Source: Lysobacterales bacterium
GTDB lineage: Bacteria; Pseudomonadota; Gammaproteobacteria; Xanthomonadales; SZUA-5
Length of the DNA: 64,000 nt
NCBI GenBank assembly: GCA_022844165.1
Contig: JALHMH010000021.1
Span: 16,646 to 80,645, forward strand
Direction of reading: 5' to 3'
The notes beneath the pieces were generated by a model that was not told the DNA's origin, did no database searches, and saw only the letters and a program-made list of their open reading frames with translations. The position numbers and the translations under genes are program-made. Of the stretch, positions 39,997 to 49,845 are shown piece by piece. How positions within the stretch are numbered: position 1 is the first letter of the stretch; the number at the start of each line of letters is the position of its first letter.

Positions 39997-41856
39997 TCAA
40001 ACGGAAATAGCCGCGACTTTGCGCTGGCGGTTGTAGATCGCAGCCATGATCACATTAGTGACCACAACTGCACTGAACATCGACGTCAACAATCCGGCGA
40101 GTAAGGTGACCGCAAAGCCACGCACCGGGCCGGAACCAAAGGCGAACATCGCCAGCGCCGCAAACATTGTCGTCAGGTTTGCGTCGAGAATTGTGCCCCA
40201 CGCCTTTTCGTAACCAGCCCGTAGCGCCGCCAGTGGTGAGTTACCCGCGCGCACCTCCTCGCGAATGCGTTCGGCAATGAGCACGTTGGCGTCGACTGCC
40301 ATACCCACAGTCAGTACGATGCCAGCGATTCCCGGCATCGTCAGCGTTGCGCCAAGAAAGCTCAAAACTGCCGTTAGCAAGAGTAAATTGACGCTAAGAC
40401 CAACTACTGTCACAACACCGACCAGTCGGTAATAGACCATGACAAACAACGCGATCAGCGCCGTGCCGATCAGCATCGCCTCCAAACCACGCTGAATGTT
40501 CTCTGCGCCCAGCGACGGCCCGATGACTCGCTCTTCGATGATGTCGATCGGCACCGCCAGGGAACCGGCGCGCAAGAGCAAAGCCAGTTCGGTGGCCTCT
40601 TGCATGCTGTCGAGACCCGTGGTTTGAAACCTCGGCCCGAAGACGCCACGAATATTGGCGACACTGATGATTTCTTTGGTTTCGCGCGAGGTCCGTACCT
40701 CTTTTCCATCGACAATTTTGACTTCGGGCACTCGTTCGATGAACACCACTGCCATCGGTCGGCCGACATTGTCGGTGGTGAAATCGAGCATGCGCCTGCC
40801 GCCCGCTGCGTCCAGTGTGACCGAAACGGCGGGCGTACCCGACTCGGTGTCGAGCATGCTTGTCGCACCCGTCAACTGATCGCCCGTTGCGATGATCTCG
40901 CGCCGGACAACCACCGGCTCGCCTTCACGCGTGTACACCAGCAACGAATCCGGTGGAACTCGTCCGGTCTGTGCGATTTCAACCGCATTGACCGAGTCGT
41001 TGACCGCCCGGTACTCCAGGGTGGCGGTTGCGCCCAAGATCGTCTTTGCGCGCGTAGGATCCTGCACGCCGGGCAATTGCACCACAATGCGCGTGGCGCC
41101 CTGCTGTTGAATGATCGGCTCGGCCACGCCCAATTCGTTGATTCGATTGCGCAGCGTGGTGATGTTCTGTTCGATGGTCGCGCGCTGCGCCTGGGCCACG
41201 GTCTCTGGGCGAATGACGGCCTCGAGAATCGTCTCCGAGGCATCCCGGCGGGTGACGATCAGGTCCGGCAACTGCTCCGTCAGTTCGGTGTAAGCGCGCT
41301 CGCGATCCTCACGCGTGGTCAGTTCGACGACAAAGCCATCTGCGGTTCGCGTAACACCACGATAGGGGATCTTTTCGGCACGCAGCATCACATACAGGCC
41401 GTCGATGTAACCCTCATCCAGTTTGTCGCGAGCCGCCTGCTGATCGACTTGCATCAGGAAGTGAATGCCACCGCGAAGATCCAGGCCCAAGGTCATCGGC
41501 TTGCCGCGAATCGCGCTCAACCATGAGGGAACCGTGCTGGCGGTATCCAGTGCGATGGTGTACTTCTCGATGCCGAGTTCTTCCACCAAGGCTGTGTGCG
41601 CAGCAAGTTGCGAGTCGTTTTCAGCAAAGCGCAGCGTCAGCCGATCGTCATCGATCCTGACGTTGTCGAAGGCGATTTTCTTGCCCTTGAGCGTGCCCTC
41701 GACGCGGCCTTGCAGCAAATCGTTGACCACTTCGCCGCGATTGGCCGAAATCTGGATTGCCGGCTGACCAGGAAACGCATTCGGCAGTGCGTACAGGAAT
41801 GCGAACACAACCAGGGCTGTGACCAGCCCGATCTTCCATTTGGGGATTTCAAACAT
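39997..41856 (-). CDS. secD: Protein translocase subunit SecD
   Basis: LGLDLRGGIHF, RNRINELGVAEP, IGPSLGAENI, GMAVDANVLIAERIREE, DANLTT. Confidence 0.97.
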   Translation of the reverse strand: MFEIPKWKIGLVTALVVFAFLYALPNAFPGQPAIQISANRGEVVNDLLQGRVEGTLKGKKIAFDNVRIDDDRLTLRFAENDSQLAAHTALVEELGIEKYTIALDTASTVPSWLSAIRGKPMTLGLDLRGGIHFLMQVDQQAARDKLDEGYIDGLYVMLRAEKIPYRGVTRTADGFVVELTTREDRERAYTELTEQLPDLIVTRRDASETILEAVIRPETVAQAQRATIEQNITTLRNRINELGVAEPIIQQQGATRIVVQLPGVQDPTRAKTILGATATLEYRAVNDSVNAVEIAQTGRVPPDSLLVYTREGEPVVVRREIIATGDQLTGATSMLDTESGTPAVSVTLDAAGGRRMLDFTTDNVGRPMAVVFIERVPEVKIVDGKEVRTSRETKEIISVANIRGVFGPRFQTTGLDSMQEATELALLLRAGSLAVPIDIIEERVIGPSLGAENIQRGLEAMLIGTALIALFVMVYYRLVGVVTVVGLSVNLLLLTAVLSFLGATLTMPGIAGIVLTVGMAVDANVLIAERIREEVRAGNSPLAALRAGYEKAWGTILDANLTTMFAALAMFAFGSGPVRGFAVTLLAGLLTSMFSAVVVTNVIMAAIYNRQRKVAAISV

Positions 41857-41930
41857 GCCAAACCCTTTGCTGCTCGGTACCGAGCGTCAGTGACTGTATT
41901 GCCGCCGAACCGGCAGCTGCCTTCGAGCGC

Positions 41931-42254
41931 TCAGCCCTTGTAGGTGCCCTTGGGAACCACGGCGCCAACCGAGTGCTTCTGCACCTGTATGCGGACGCCA
42001 TTGGCAATTTCCAAGGTCACGAAGCTTTCACCCACATCGTCGATACGGCCAAGAATGCCTCCCTGGGTGACCACTTCGTCACCGCGACCCAGGGCGTCGA
42101 CCATGCCCTTGTGCTCACGCATACGCTTTTGCTGCGGCCGGATCAGCAAGAAATAAAAAATCGCAAAAAACACCACGAGCATGATCAGACTGGGCCACAT
42201 GCTCGGCTGCGCCGGCGCACCTTGCGCGTAAGCGGATGAAATCAAGAAATCCAT
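41931..42254 (-). CDS. yajC: Preprotein translocase subunit YajC
   Basis: FYFLLIRPQQKR, GDEVVTQGGILG; immediately upstream of secD. Confidence 0.96.
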   Translation of the reverse strand: MDFLISSAYAQGAPAQPSMWPSLIMLVVFFAIFYFLLIRPQQKRMREHKGMVDALGRGDEVVTQGGILGRIDDVGESFVTLEIANGVRIQVQKHSVGAVVPKGTYKG

Positions 42255-42340
42255 CGACGTTTCTCAGTGACGCCGCATACCGCGGCAAGACAGCCGCCGA
42301 GTATGCCATAGCCTTGCGAATTGCGACTCTATGCAATCGC

Positions 42341-43096
42341 TCACAGGCGGGATTGAGATACGGCGAATACCAGCAAGACGACGACTTCGACCGCTTGATT
42401 GCCGGCGCCCAGCGTATCGCCGGTGATCCCGCCCAATTGCGATTTGAAATACCAACCGACCAATAGTGTGGTGAATACTGCCGCCAGGAACGCAATGATG
42501 GTGCCGGGACTGAATGCCAGTGCCGCGCAAATGGCGAGCGCAAACCCGGTTCCGATCGCGCCTTCCCGCCAGCTCATGGCATCGGCCATCGGCTTGTTGC
42601 TGCCGCTGCGCACGTACGGCAAAAACAGCATGAGCCAGAGGCTCGATGTGCGCGCCAGTGTGTGCGCAACGACCAGCGCCACGAAAGCCTGGTACGCATC
42701 GAGCGGTACCAGTGCCCCCACTCTCAGCAACAGGCTGATCACCAGCGCGATGGCACCGTAACTACCGATACGGCTGTCTTTCATGATTTCCAGTTTGCGT
42801 TCGATGGTCAGGCCACCGCCGAGCCCGTCGGCGGTATCAGCCAGTCCATCCTCGTGAAATGCGCCGGTCACGACGACGAGCCCGAGCACGGTCAGCATGG
42901 CCGCTAGAAACGGCGTCAAGTACAGTGCACCGAGCGCAAAGATCCCAGCTCCGATCGCCCCCACAGTGAGGCCAACGATCGGAAAATAGCGCGCCGAATG
43001 TCCCAGGCTTTGCGCGTCCGGGTAGGCAAGTCGCGCCACGGGCAGCCGGGTCAGGAACATCAATGCCGTGGCCAGAAGTCGCAGCTGGCGTGTCAT
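42341..43096 (-). CDS. cobS: Adenosylcobinamide-GDP ribazoletransferase (cobalamin synthase)
   Basis: FLTRLPV, TGAFHEDGLADTADGLGGG, IMKDSRIGSYG, GGITGDTLGA. Confidence 0.95.
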   Translation of the reverse strand: MTRQLRLLATALMFLTRLPVARLAYPDAQSLGHSARYFPIVGLTVGAIGAGIFALGALYLTPFLAAMLTVLGLVVVTGAFHEDGLADTADGLGGGLTIERKLEIMKDSRIGSYGAIALVISLLLRVGALVPLDAYQAFVALVVAHTLARTSSLWLMLFLPYVRSGSNKPMADAMSWREGAIGTGFALAICAALAFSPGTIIAFLAAVFTTLLVGWYFKSQLGGITGDTLGAGNQAVEVVVLLVFAVSQSRL

Positions 43097-44109
43097 GCCA
43101 ACGCCCGGCTGATCTGCGCCGATTCGAAACTCGCCATATCTCTTAAGATCGCACAGGCGGCTTGCAATAGCGGCACCGCCAGTGCCGCACCGCTGCCTTC
43201 CCCTAATCGCATGCCCAGATCCAAGAGGGGACGTGCACCCAACGCTTCCAGCACAAGATCATGTCCAGGCTCGGCGGATCGGTGGGCAAACACCAGCGCC
43301 CGGCGGCAATCAGGATCGATGGCACACGCGAACAACGCCGCCGCACTGGCGACAAAGCCATCCACCAGGACCAGAATGCCTGCCCCGGACGCCGCCTGCA
43401 TGGCACCGGCCAAAGCGACGATCTCAAAGCCGCCCAATTCCCTTAGCAAGACCAAAGGATCCCTCTGATCAGCACCGACCCGCGTGATGGCTTGCGAAAT
43501 CAGCATTGCTTTGCGCTGAATGCCATCGACGTTGAGCCCAGTGCCGGGACCGACAACCGCTAGCGCCGGGATGCCCAATAATGTCGCTACCAGCGCGGTC
43601 GCTGAGCTGGTATTGCCGATGCCCATTTCGCCGAGCACCAAGAGTCGAGCTTCGCAACGCGCGACAGCCGCCCTGCCCGCTTCGAATGCCGCGGCTAGTT
43701 GGTCGCTGGTCATTGCGGGTGCATCTACGAAGTTCGCTGTGCCAGGTCCACAATGCGCGTCGACCACATTGGTCATCGGCTCAAGCGCTGATGCCACGCC
43801 AACATTCACCACCTCCAGCCGCGCAGAAATCAGCCCTGCGAGCACGTTGATCGCCGCACCGCCATTGGAGAAATTGCGCACCATCTGCGCGGTGACCGAT
43901 TGCGGATAGGCGCTCACGCCCGCCGCAGCGATGCCGTGATCTGCGGCGAACACGACCACGGCTACCGGATCGAGGTCTGGCCTCAGCGTGCCTTGAAATT
44001 CGGCAATATCGACTGCCAATTGCTCTAAACGACCCAAGGATCCAGAGGGCTTGGTTTTGTTATCAATCGCCGCCAGGGCACGGATGCGCCAACTGCTCAT
44101 GTTGATCAC
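43093..44109 (-). CDS. cobT: Nicotinate-nucleotide-dimethylbenzimidazole phosphoribosyltransferase
   Basis: KTKPSGSLGRLE, FAADHG, GGAAIN, GEMGIGNTSSA, GGFEI, LDLGMRLGEGSGA. Start is 44109 or 44100. Confidence 0.95.
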   Translation of the reverse strand: MINMSSWRIRALAAIDNKTKPSGSLGRLEQLAVDIAEFQGTLRPDLDPVAVVVFAADHGIAAAGVSAYPQSVTAQMVRNFSNGGAAINVLAGLISARLEVVNVGVASALEPMTNVVDAHCGPGTANFVDAPAMTSDQLAAAFEAGRAAVARCEARLLVLGEMGIGNTSSATALVATLLGIPALAVVGPGTGLNVDGIQRKAMLISQAITRVGADQRDPLVLLRELGGFEIVALAGAMQAASGAGILVLVDGFVASAAALFACAIDPDCRRALVFAHRSAEPGHDLVLEALGARPLLDLGMRLGEGSGAALAVPLLQAACAILRDMASFESAQISRALA

Positions 44110-44176
44110 CGGAACAAACTTCGATCAGCATAACCGGTCGGCTTCTGTTCCGCGCCAGGCCTGCACTTGGCAACGA

Positions 44177-46156
44177 TCACGGTGGCGCATTTCTGCCTTC
44201 TGCCGCAGTCGCAGTGTTGTCAAAGAACCGGTGCGTTGCGGGTGATGAACGCAGGTTACGAAGGTAGTCGATCACCTGCGCATTCGGTGGTTCTGGCTTC
44301 GGCATGGCCAGATGACGATGCAGCATCGTCTCCATCAGGAACAGATTGGTTTCGCGGGCGATATCGTCGCGTTGGCGATGGCCTGCGCCATGGTCGATCA
44401 AAACCGTCACGTCCTTCTCCGCGAGTTTGGCGCGAGCGGCGTATTCAATGATGCCGGCGATGCCGACGCGCTCGTCGCTACCGCCGGCGACGATCAAAAC
44501 CGGGCGGGTCAGACGCTGCACGTTTGCGAGCGGCGATTGCGCACGCAGGCGCTCCATATGCGCCTGATCTTCAACGTCGAGCTTCAGCATCTTCAGCCAG
44601 TCCGCCATCGGCACGACGCTGTCTAATCGCACTGACTCGGCGTTGCGCAGCACCCATTCCAACGTCCAGGCAAAATCCGGCGGTGGCACAAAAGCCACCG
44701 CGGCGCGGTAAAGCTCGGGGGCGAAGGTAACGCCCAGGAGTGCTGCGTAACCGCCGTAGGATGCGCCGACGATCGCGATGCGCTGCGGATCGCCCATGCC
44801 GGCGTCGAGCAAAGACCGCACGCCTTCATCGATGTCGCGCTGCACGCGCCCATGACCGAAATCGCCACCCGCCGCCACCATGTACGCGTGGCCGTGCCCG
44901 GTTGATCCGCGATGGTTAGGCTCGAACACGATCGCGCCGCGGCTGGCGATGAACTGCGCGAGTCCGTTGTAGATGGGCTGCCAGAGATTCCACGGACCGC
45001 CATGCGCTACCACCACCAGCGGCAGTGTTCGAACATCGCCCGGCGGCACACTGATGAAGCCGTGCAAACGCATGCCATCGCTGGCGGTCCAGGTATACGG
45101 CTGCTTAGTAAGTCGGGCTGGCGACGCGCCACCGCGCTCGTCGATCAGCAGCTCGGTGCGCAGGGTTTCTGGATCGAACAAATGCCAGCGCGCGAACTGC
45201 CGCGCACTGTGCCGCTCCTCGATGAGCCATCGCGATGCGGCGATCTGTGGCCGCAGAGCGCTGCCGGGAAACGCCTGCTGCAGATGCCGAACGGCGGCCA
45301 GATCGCGCGGTTCGATAGCAGCGATCTGCGCGACAGTGCTGCGATATCCGGCGATGCGCGGCCGACCGGTTGCATCTACCGCAAGAAAGTCGAGATCCGC
45401 CTCGCCGCGGGGATCGCGGGCCAGCAGCGTTTTGCTTCCGCGGCGATCAATGCGCACGAGCCGCGCCAATCCAAGCGCGTCGCCCTCGAGCGAGTTGCTG
45501 CGCAACAGCAACTCGCCGGCGTCGTCGAAGACAGGCGAGCAACGATGCAGATCGCCGCAGCGCAAGGTCTCGCGCAGCGAGCCTGCAGAATCGAGTCGAT
45601 ACAGTACCAAAGCCAGATCTTCGATGCGCTGCAACCAGCTCAGCCTGCCTTCCGACGCGAGGGCATAGCCGCTGATGCGCCGCGTATCCTCATACAACAG
45701 CTCGATTTCGCCGCCGACGGCGTAGCGCTTTAGCTGCCAGCGTTGCGCGCTGTGATCGCCGGGCGCGACAACCGTGATCGCCGCGGCGTGCGTCGCATCG
45801 ACGCGCCACTCACTGCGCTCCTCGAGTTGCGTCAACAGACCAGAACCACTCTGCCCTGCCACCGCAAGCGCGAAGATCTGCGTCGGCGCTGCAAGCAGCA
45901 ACCAGCGGCCATCGCGTGTGTAAATCAGCTCTTGAGCGGGCGTGTGCGCCATCGCGCGGCGGGGCCTGGCTCCGTCCAGCGTTTGCAGCCAGACCGCACG
46001 ACGGGCGCCCTCTTCGGCCAACCAGGCGACCGACTTTCCATCTGGCGCGATGGTCGTGGCGGAGATTTCTGCTCGCGCCAGGAATTCGCTGCGCGTCGGC
46101 ATCGCCATCGCCACGGGCGGCAAACAGCACAGAGCTACAGCGAGCCAGCGCCTCAT
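44177..46156 (-). CDS. Exported S9-family (prolyl oligopeptidase-like) serine peptidase
   Basis: Signal peptide MRRWLAVALCCLPPVAMA (ATG 46156, ATGA overlap with the upstream gene); propeller region; HGGPW, NHRGSTGHG, nucleophile GASYGG, Asp in GGSDERV, His in GAGH. Confidence 0.9.
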   Translation of the reverse strand: MRRWLAVALCCLPPVAMAMPTRSEFLARAEISATTIAPDGKSVAWLAEEGARRAVWLQTLDGARPRRAMAHTPAQELIYTRDGRWLLLAAPTQIFALAVAGQSGSGLLTQLEERSEWRVDATHAAAITVVAPGDHSAQRWQLKRYAVGGEIELLYEDTRRISGYALASEGRLSWLQRIEDLALVLYRLDSAGSLRETLRCGDLHRCSPVFDDAGELLLRSNSLEGDALGLARLVRIDRRGSKTLLARDPRGEADLDFLAVDATGRPRIAGYRSTVAQIAAIEPRDLAAVRHLQQAFPGSALRPQIAASRWLIEERHSARQFARWHLFDPETLRTELLIDERGGASPARLTKQPYTWTASDGMRLHGFISVPPGDVRTLPLVVVAHGGPWNLWQPIYNGLAQFIASRGAIVFEPNHRGSTGHGHAYMVAAGGDFGHGRVQRDIDEGVRSLLDAGMGDPQRIAIVGASYGGYAALLGVTFAPELYRAAVAFVPPPDFAWTLEWVLRNAESVRLDSVVPMADWLKMLKLDVEDQAHMERLRAQSPLANVQRLTRPVLIVAGGSDERVGIAGIIEYAARAKLAEKDVTVLIDHGAGHRQRDDIARETNLFLMETMLHRHLAMPKPEPPNAQVIDYLRNLRSSPATHRFFDNTATAAEGRNAPP

Positions 46157-47931
46157 GATTGCGCCTCGCGATCCAGTTCGATCAGCCAGAAGGCCGCCAA
46201 CATTGGCAAGCCGAAGAGGCCGCTTGCCACGATCCAGGGCCAACGTCGCAGTCCGTCAACGGTCCGCAATCGCCACAGCGTCGACAGCGTGGCGATCAGC
46301 CCTAGTACGATCGCCAATGCCCAGACGGCACGCGGCGCGAGCGCAGGCGCGGCAAGCTCCAACGTTGAGGCATCTGCAAACAGATGCTTTGCGTATTTAC
46401 GAACGGCGTGGAGACCAGGCGAAATCCACACCGCCTGATAGCGATAGAGCCAAACGTGGTCATACGACAACGCGCGCCGCCCGATCTCATCCGCCGAACC
46501 ATCGCTGCGCAGGACATGCGCCGTTTGGAATGGCGGCGTGCGATTCGCGTCATTGGAAAGATGTCCGAAGGTAGCGACGATCAAATGCCCGTCGACTAAC
46601 TCGATCAGATCCAGGTTGCTCAGGTCGCCATAACGCCCCGGCAACGGCAAGCGCGCGCGTGGCGCCACCACATCACGCGTGGCGACAAACGGCCGCGCGT
46701 CGAAAATGTACAACGCGCGATCGCTGAGCGCCGCGTAGGCCTCGCCGATGGGCGCCAGCGACACCAGCGGTTCGTCGCCCAGATCGACGCGCTGACGGAC
46801 CTGCTGCGACTCGCTCTCATAGTGATAGACGCGGCCGCGCGCGATCAGCACCGCATCGCCATCGCGCATGCCCGGCAAGCGGCCGAACAGCAACGGTGGA
46901 TGCGGGAACTTCAAGCTAAGCGTCGCGGCGTCAGCGCCGTCGCGGATGCGATATCCGTGCAGTTGCCCATCGTCATGGCTGAACACATAGCGCACGCCTA
47001 AGCGCTGGTCATCAAATTCCATCGGCCTGACGTTGGCCAATTCAAACCACTGCGGCAACCGCGATAACCCCGAGCCAACCGACGTTGGTTCGGACAACTT
47101 CACTTGCTCAGCCAAGAGCGGTGCATCGGCATGGCGACTGGCTGCAAGCACTGCGAGCATGCGTTCTTGTTTGGTGGCCTTGACCATTTCGATACGTCCG
47201 CCGGGCGGAGGCACGGAGTTGTTCGGGTGCGTGCCCCAGGCGATCCAGATCAGTTCAATCGCGGCAAAAGCGATCAGCGCAAGAAAATACGTGGCCATCG
47301 CCAGCGGTAGCGCAATCGCCGGTATGCCTGCCGTGCGCGGCGATCCTCGATTGGCCTTGAACAGCGCCGCCACCATCCAGACGGACCACGCCAAGGCGAG
47401 CGCCTGCAACCCAAGCGCCGCCCAGCCGGTAGCATTTGCATTGATCAGCCAGAACAACAGCACGATGCCGATGACCGCGTAACGCCGCGGCGCGAGTGCC
47501 GCAAATACGCCGCAACAGTAAGCGCACGTTGCGATCTGCCAACCCGCCAAGGCCAGCAGCCAATGGCGCGTATCGACAACACGTGCAGTCAGCGTTTCTT
47601 GCCAAAGCGCAGTCAGAATGATGGGCAGCGCCACGACCAAGACCAATACGACCCCGCCTGCGCCCAACAAAGACGAAGCGATCGCCCCAGGCGAGCGCGG
47701 GCGGTGGATCAAACTGAGCCAAGGATTCGGTCGCGCGTAGATCGCAAACTGTGCGAAGCCAGACAATCCACCGACAAGCGCATAGACGGCACCGAAACTC
47801 CAGTGCACGGCAAGGTTCTGCTGGCCCAGATCCATCATTCGGCTCAAGAAGATCAACCCGCCCAAGTGCGCCAATGCGAGCAGCCAGGCGTACATCGCCA
47901 ACCGAGACCACTCGGCTCGAAAAAGTGTCAT
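46153..47931 (-). CDS. Putative ABC transporter permease-like membrane protein with large extracytoplasmic domain
   Basis: About 7 N-terminal TM helices, a ~280-aa soluble region and 2 C-terminal TM helices; directly follows the ABC ATPase. Confidence 0.65.
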   Translation of the reverse strand: MTLFRAEWSRLAMYAWLLALAHLGGLIFLSRMMDLGQQNLAVHWSFGAVYALVGGLSGFAQFAIYARPNPWLSLIHRPRSPGAIASSLLGAGGVVLVLVVALPIILTALWQETLTARVVDTRHWLLALAGWQIATCAYCCGVFAALAPRRYAVIGIVLLFWLINANATGWAALGLQALALAWSVWMVAALFKANRGSPRTAGIPAIALPLAMATYFLALIAFAAIELIWIAWGTHPNNSVPPPGGRIEMVKATKQERMLAVLAASRHADAPLLAEQVKLSEPTSVGSGLSRLPQWFELANVRPMEFDDQRLGVRYVFSHDDGQLHGYRIRDGADAATLSLKFPHPPLLFGRLPGMRDGDAVLIARGRVYHYESESQQVRQRVDLGDEPLVSLAPIGEAYAALSDRALYIFDARPFVATRDVVAPRARLPLPGRYGDLSNLDLIELVDGHLIVATFGHLSNDANRTPPFQTAHVLRSDGSADEIGRRALSYDHVWLYRYQAVWISPGLHAVRKYAKHLFADASTLELAAPALAPRAVWALAIVLGLIATLSTLWRLRTVDGLRRWPWIVASGLFGLPMLAAFWLIELDREAQS

Positions 47932-47938
47932 GTCCGTG

Positions 47939-48847
47939 TTACCTCGAATGTGTGGGTGTGGCGTGGTTCTTCGCGAGGAACGCGTTCACCGCGCGGTCCA
48001 GGCTCACCGGCATGCAGTTCGCGCTGCGCGCACCATTGCTTCGCAAGAATTCGGCGAATGCCGCGTCTTGATCGAGTACGAAGTAGTGATGCAAACCGTC
48101 AAGCTTCTGGCGCATCAAATAACCTGGAATCGTTGCCGGCTCGGGCCCCATGAATGGGATGTCGCAAATCCAATGGCTGATGCGCGCACAGAACTCATCG
48201 GGCGGCGAGTGGCTCATCAAACGACCGCGTTCGAGCACAATCAGATCGTCGGCGATCCGCTCGATCTCCTCCATCTGGTGCGAGCAATAAATCACCGTGC
48301 AGTGCTCGGTGGCGTTGCTGTACATCAGCGACTCCAGGAACGCGCGTTTGGCGACCACATCCAGACCCAGCGTAGGCTCATCGAGGATCAGCAATTGCGG
48401 CGACTGCGCCAGAGCCAAGGCCAAGTTGAATCCGGCGCGTTCGCCGCGCGATAACTCACGCACGCGTTGCTCAGGCAGCACCTGATAGTGTCCGATCACC
48501 TCGTCGAAGGCGCGGGCATTCCAGCCCTTGTACTCGCGCTGGCGCATGGATTTGAGTTCGCGTACGCGCATCCATTCGGGCAGGGTGTGCTCCTCGTTCA
48601 CATAACCGACGAGTGTGCGATCGCTCGGTGTCAACGCGCTGCAATCGCGGCCCAGAACGCGCGCCGTCCCGGCGCTCGGGCTCAGGAACCCCAACAGAAT
48701 GCGAAACAGCGTCGACTTGCCGGCGCCATTGGCGCCGACCAGGGCATGAATTCGCCCCGGCGCAATCGCCAGCGACAAGTCATCGAGCGCAAATTTGTTG
48801 CCGAAGCGCTTGCTCAAACCTTCGGTCTCGATCACCAGTTGGCTCAC
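47939..48847 (-). CDS. ABC transporter ATP-binding protein (YtrB-like)
   Basis: Walker A GANGAGKST, signature LSRGE, Walker B LLILDEPT, H-loop CSH. Confidence 0.93.
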   Translation of the reverse strand: MSQLVIETEGLSKRFGNKFALDDLSLAIAPGRIHALVGANGAGKSTLFRILLGFLSPSAGTARVLGRDCSALTPSDRTLVGYVNEEHTLPEWMRVRELKSMRQREYKGWNARAFDEVIGHYQVLPEQRVRELSRGERAGFNLALALAQSPQLLILDEPTLGLDVVAKRAFLESLMYSNATEHCTVIYCSHQMEEIERIADDLIVLERGRLMSHSPPDEFCARISHWICDIPFMGPEPATIPGYLMRQKLDGLHHYFVLDQDAAFAEFLRSNGARSANCMPVSLDRAVNAFLAKNHATPTHSR

Positions 48848-49251
48848 GCGCGCCTCCGTTGCAAAGCCGCAAATTCGGCATCGATGCGCGTATGCACGTC
48901 ATCAACCGCAACATTCAGCGGTACAACTTCGGCAACAAAGCGTTGCACCGCATCGTCGAGGCGCCGCTCACGCTCGCCGCGGCTCAATCGCTGGCGCCGT
49001 GGCGCCACGTACAAACCCATCCCCTGGCGTGCCTCCAGCCAGCCTTCCGTCGTCAGTTCGCCATAGGCTTTCGCCACCGTATTGGGATTGATTCCCAGCT
49101 GCTGCGCCAGGCCGCGCACACTGGGCAACTGGTCCCCAGGTTCAATCTCGCCAGTGGAAATTTTGATCCGCACTGCGTCGGTAATCTGACGCACGATTGG
49201 ACGCGTATCGCCGGTGGCGATATCGATCATCAGTGGAGTCGTTCGTGCCAT
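48844..49251 (-). CDS. GntR-family (YtrA subfamily) transcriptional regulator
   Basis: PIVRQI, PGDQLPSVRGLAQQLGINPNTVAKAY, G-x-G-x-YV, short C-terminal helix; upstream of the ABC genes. Confidence 0.92.
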   Translation of the reverse strand: MARTTPLMIDIATGDTRPIVRQITDAVRIKISTGEIEPGDQLPSVRGLAQQLGINPNTVAKAYGELTTEGWLEARQGMGLYVAPRRQRLSRGERERRLDDAVQRFVAEVVPLNVAVDDVHTRIDAEFAALQRRRA

Positions 49252-49263
49252 CGGCCTGTCTTA

Positions 49264-49288
49264 ACTGTACTAGTTGTAATAGTACAGT
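49264..49288. promoter_or_regulatory. YtrA-type operator palindrome
   Basis: Perfect dyad ACTGTACTA-N7-TAGTACAGT, 12 bp upstream of the regulator start. TTGACA on the minus strand at 49305-49310. Confidence 0.75.
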
Positions 49289-49369
49289 ATAGATCCGCCT
49301 CTGCTGTCAAGTCCTGGTGCAAGCAGTAGGGCAAAAGACAGGGACCGACCCGATGCGGAGTGGCTCGGC

Positions 49370-49826
49370 TCAGTCCTCGAAATCGACGACCGACAGCTCT
49401 TCATTGCGGCTCAGATATCCGCACTGGCGAGCGCCCCACGCTGAAGAGATGCAGTTCAGCATCGAGTTGTATATCGGCTCGGCTGTGTCATTGATGCCGG
49501 CATCCCCGCGAATCATGAAGATACCGAACAATTCGCGTTCGAAATCGACCCACGGGAAAAGCCGAATGCGCCCAAACTGTGGATCAGAGGTTTGGTGGGC
49601 GGGCTGCGCACTTTGTCGAACCAACTTCCCAAACCATAGCGAATCGGTGGCTCAGCATTCGACGGTGCGGAGGCGATCGTGATGGACGTGCAACGACCGG
49701 CGAGATGCTGATCGAGTTCGCTACAAGCTCCAGCAGCACGTTGCCCCATGCGTCTGAATCGTCGCCGAAGTACATCTCCGGCCGGCGGCGAACCGACTCA
49801 CGCCAGCGCTGAGTCCCTTCGTGCAT
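49370..49826 (-). pseudogene. Chimeric remnant: GyrB/ParE-like ATPase N-terminus joined to a serine-hydrolase-like C-terminus, frameshifted
   Basis: Frame 1 MHEG...ESVRRRPEMYFG...LLELVANSI, shifting to DQHLAGRCTSITI; then YGLGSW...IHSLGAFG, shifting to FPWVDFERELFGIFMI...VVDFED-stop. Confidence 0.55.
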
Positions 49827-49845
49827 GAACGAGCAAGAGAATCGG

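Noticed and set aside
44110-44176. Cobalamin riboswitch upstream of cobT
   Set aside because: Only 67 bp are available and no B12-box-like sequence is visible.
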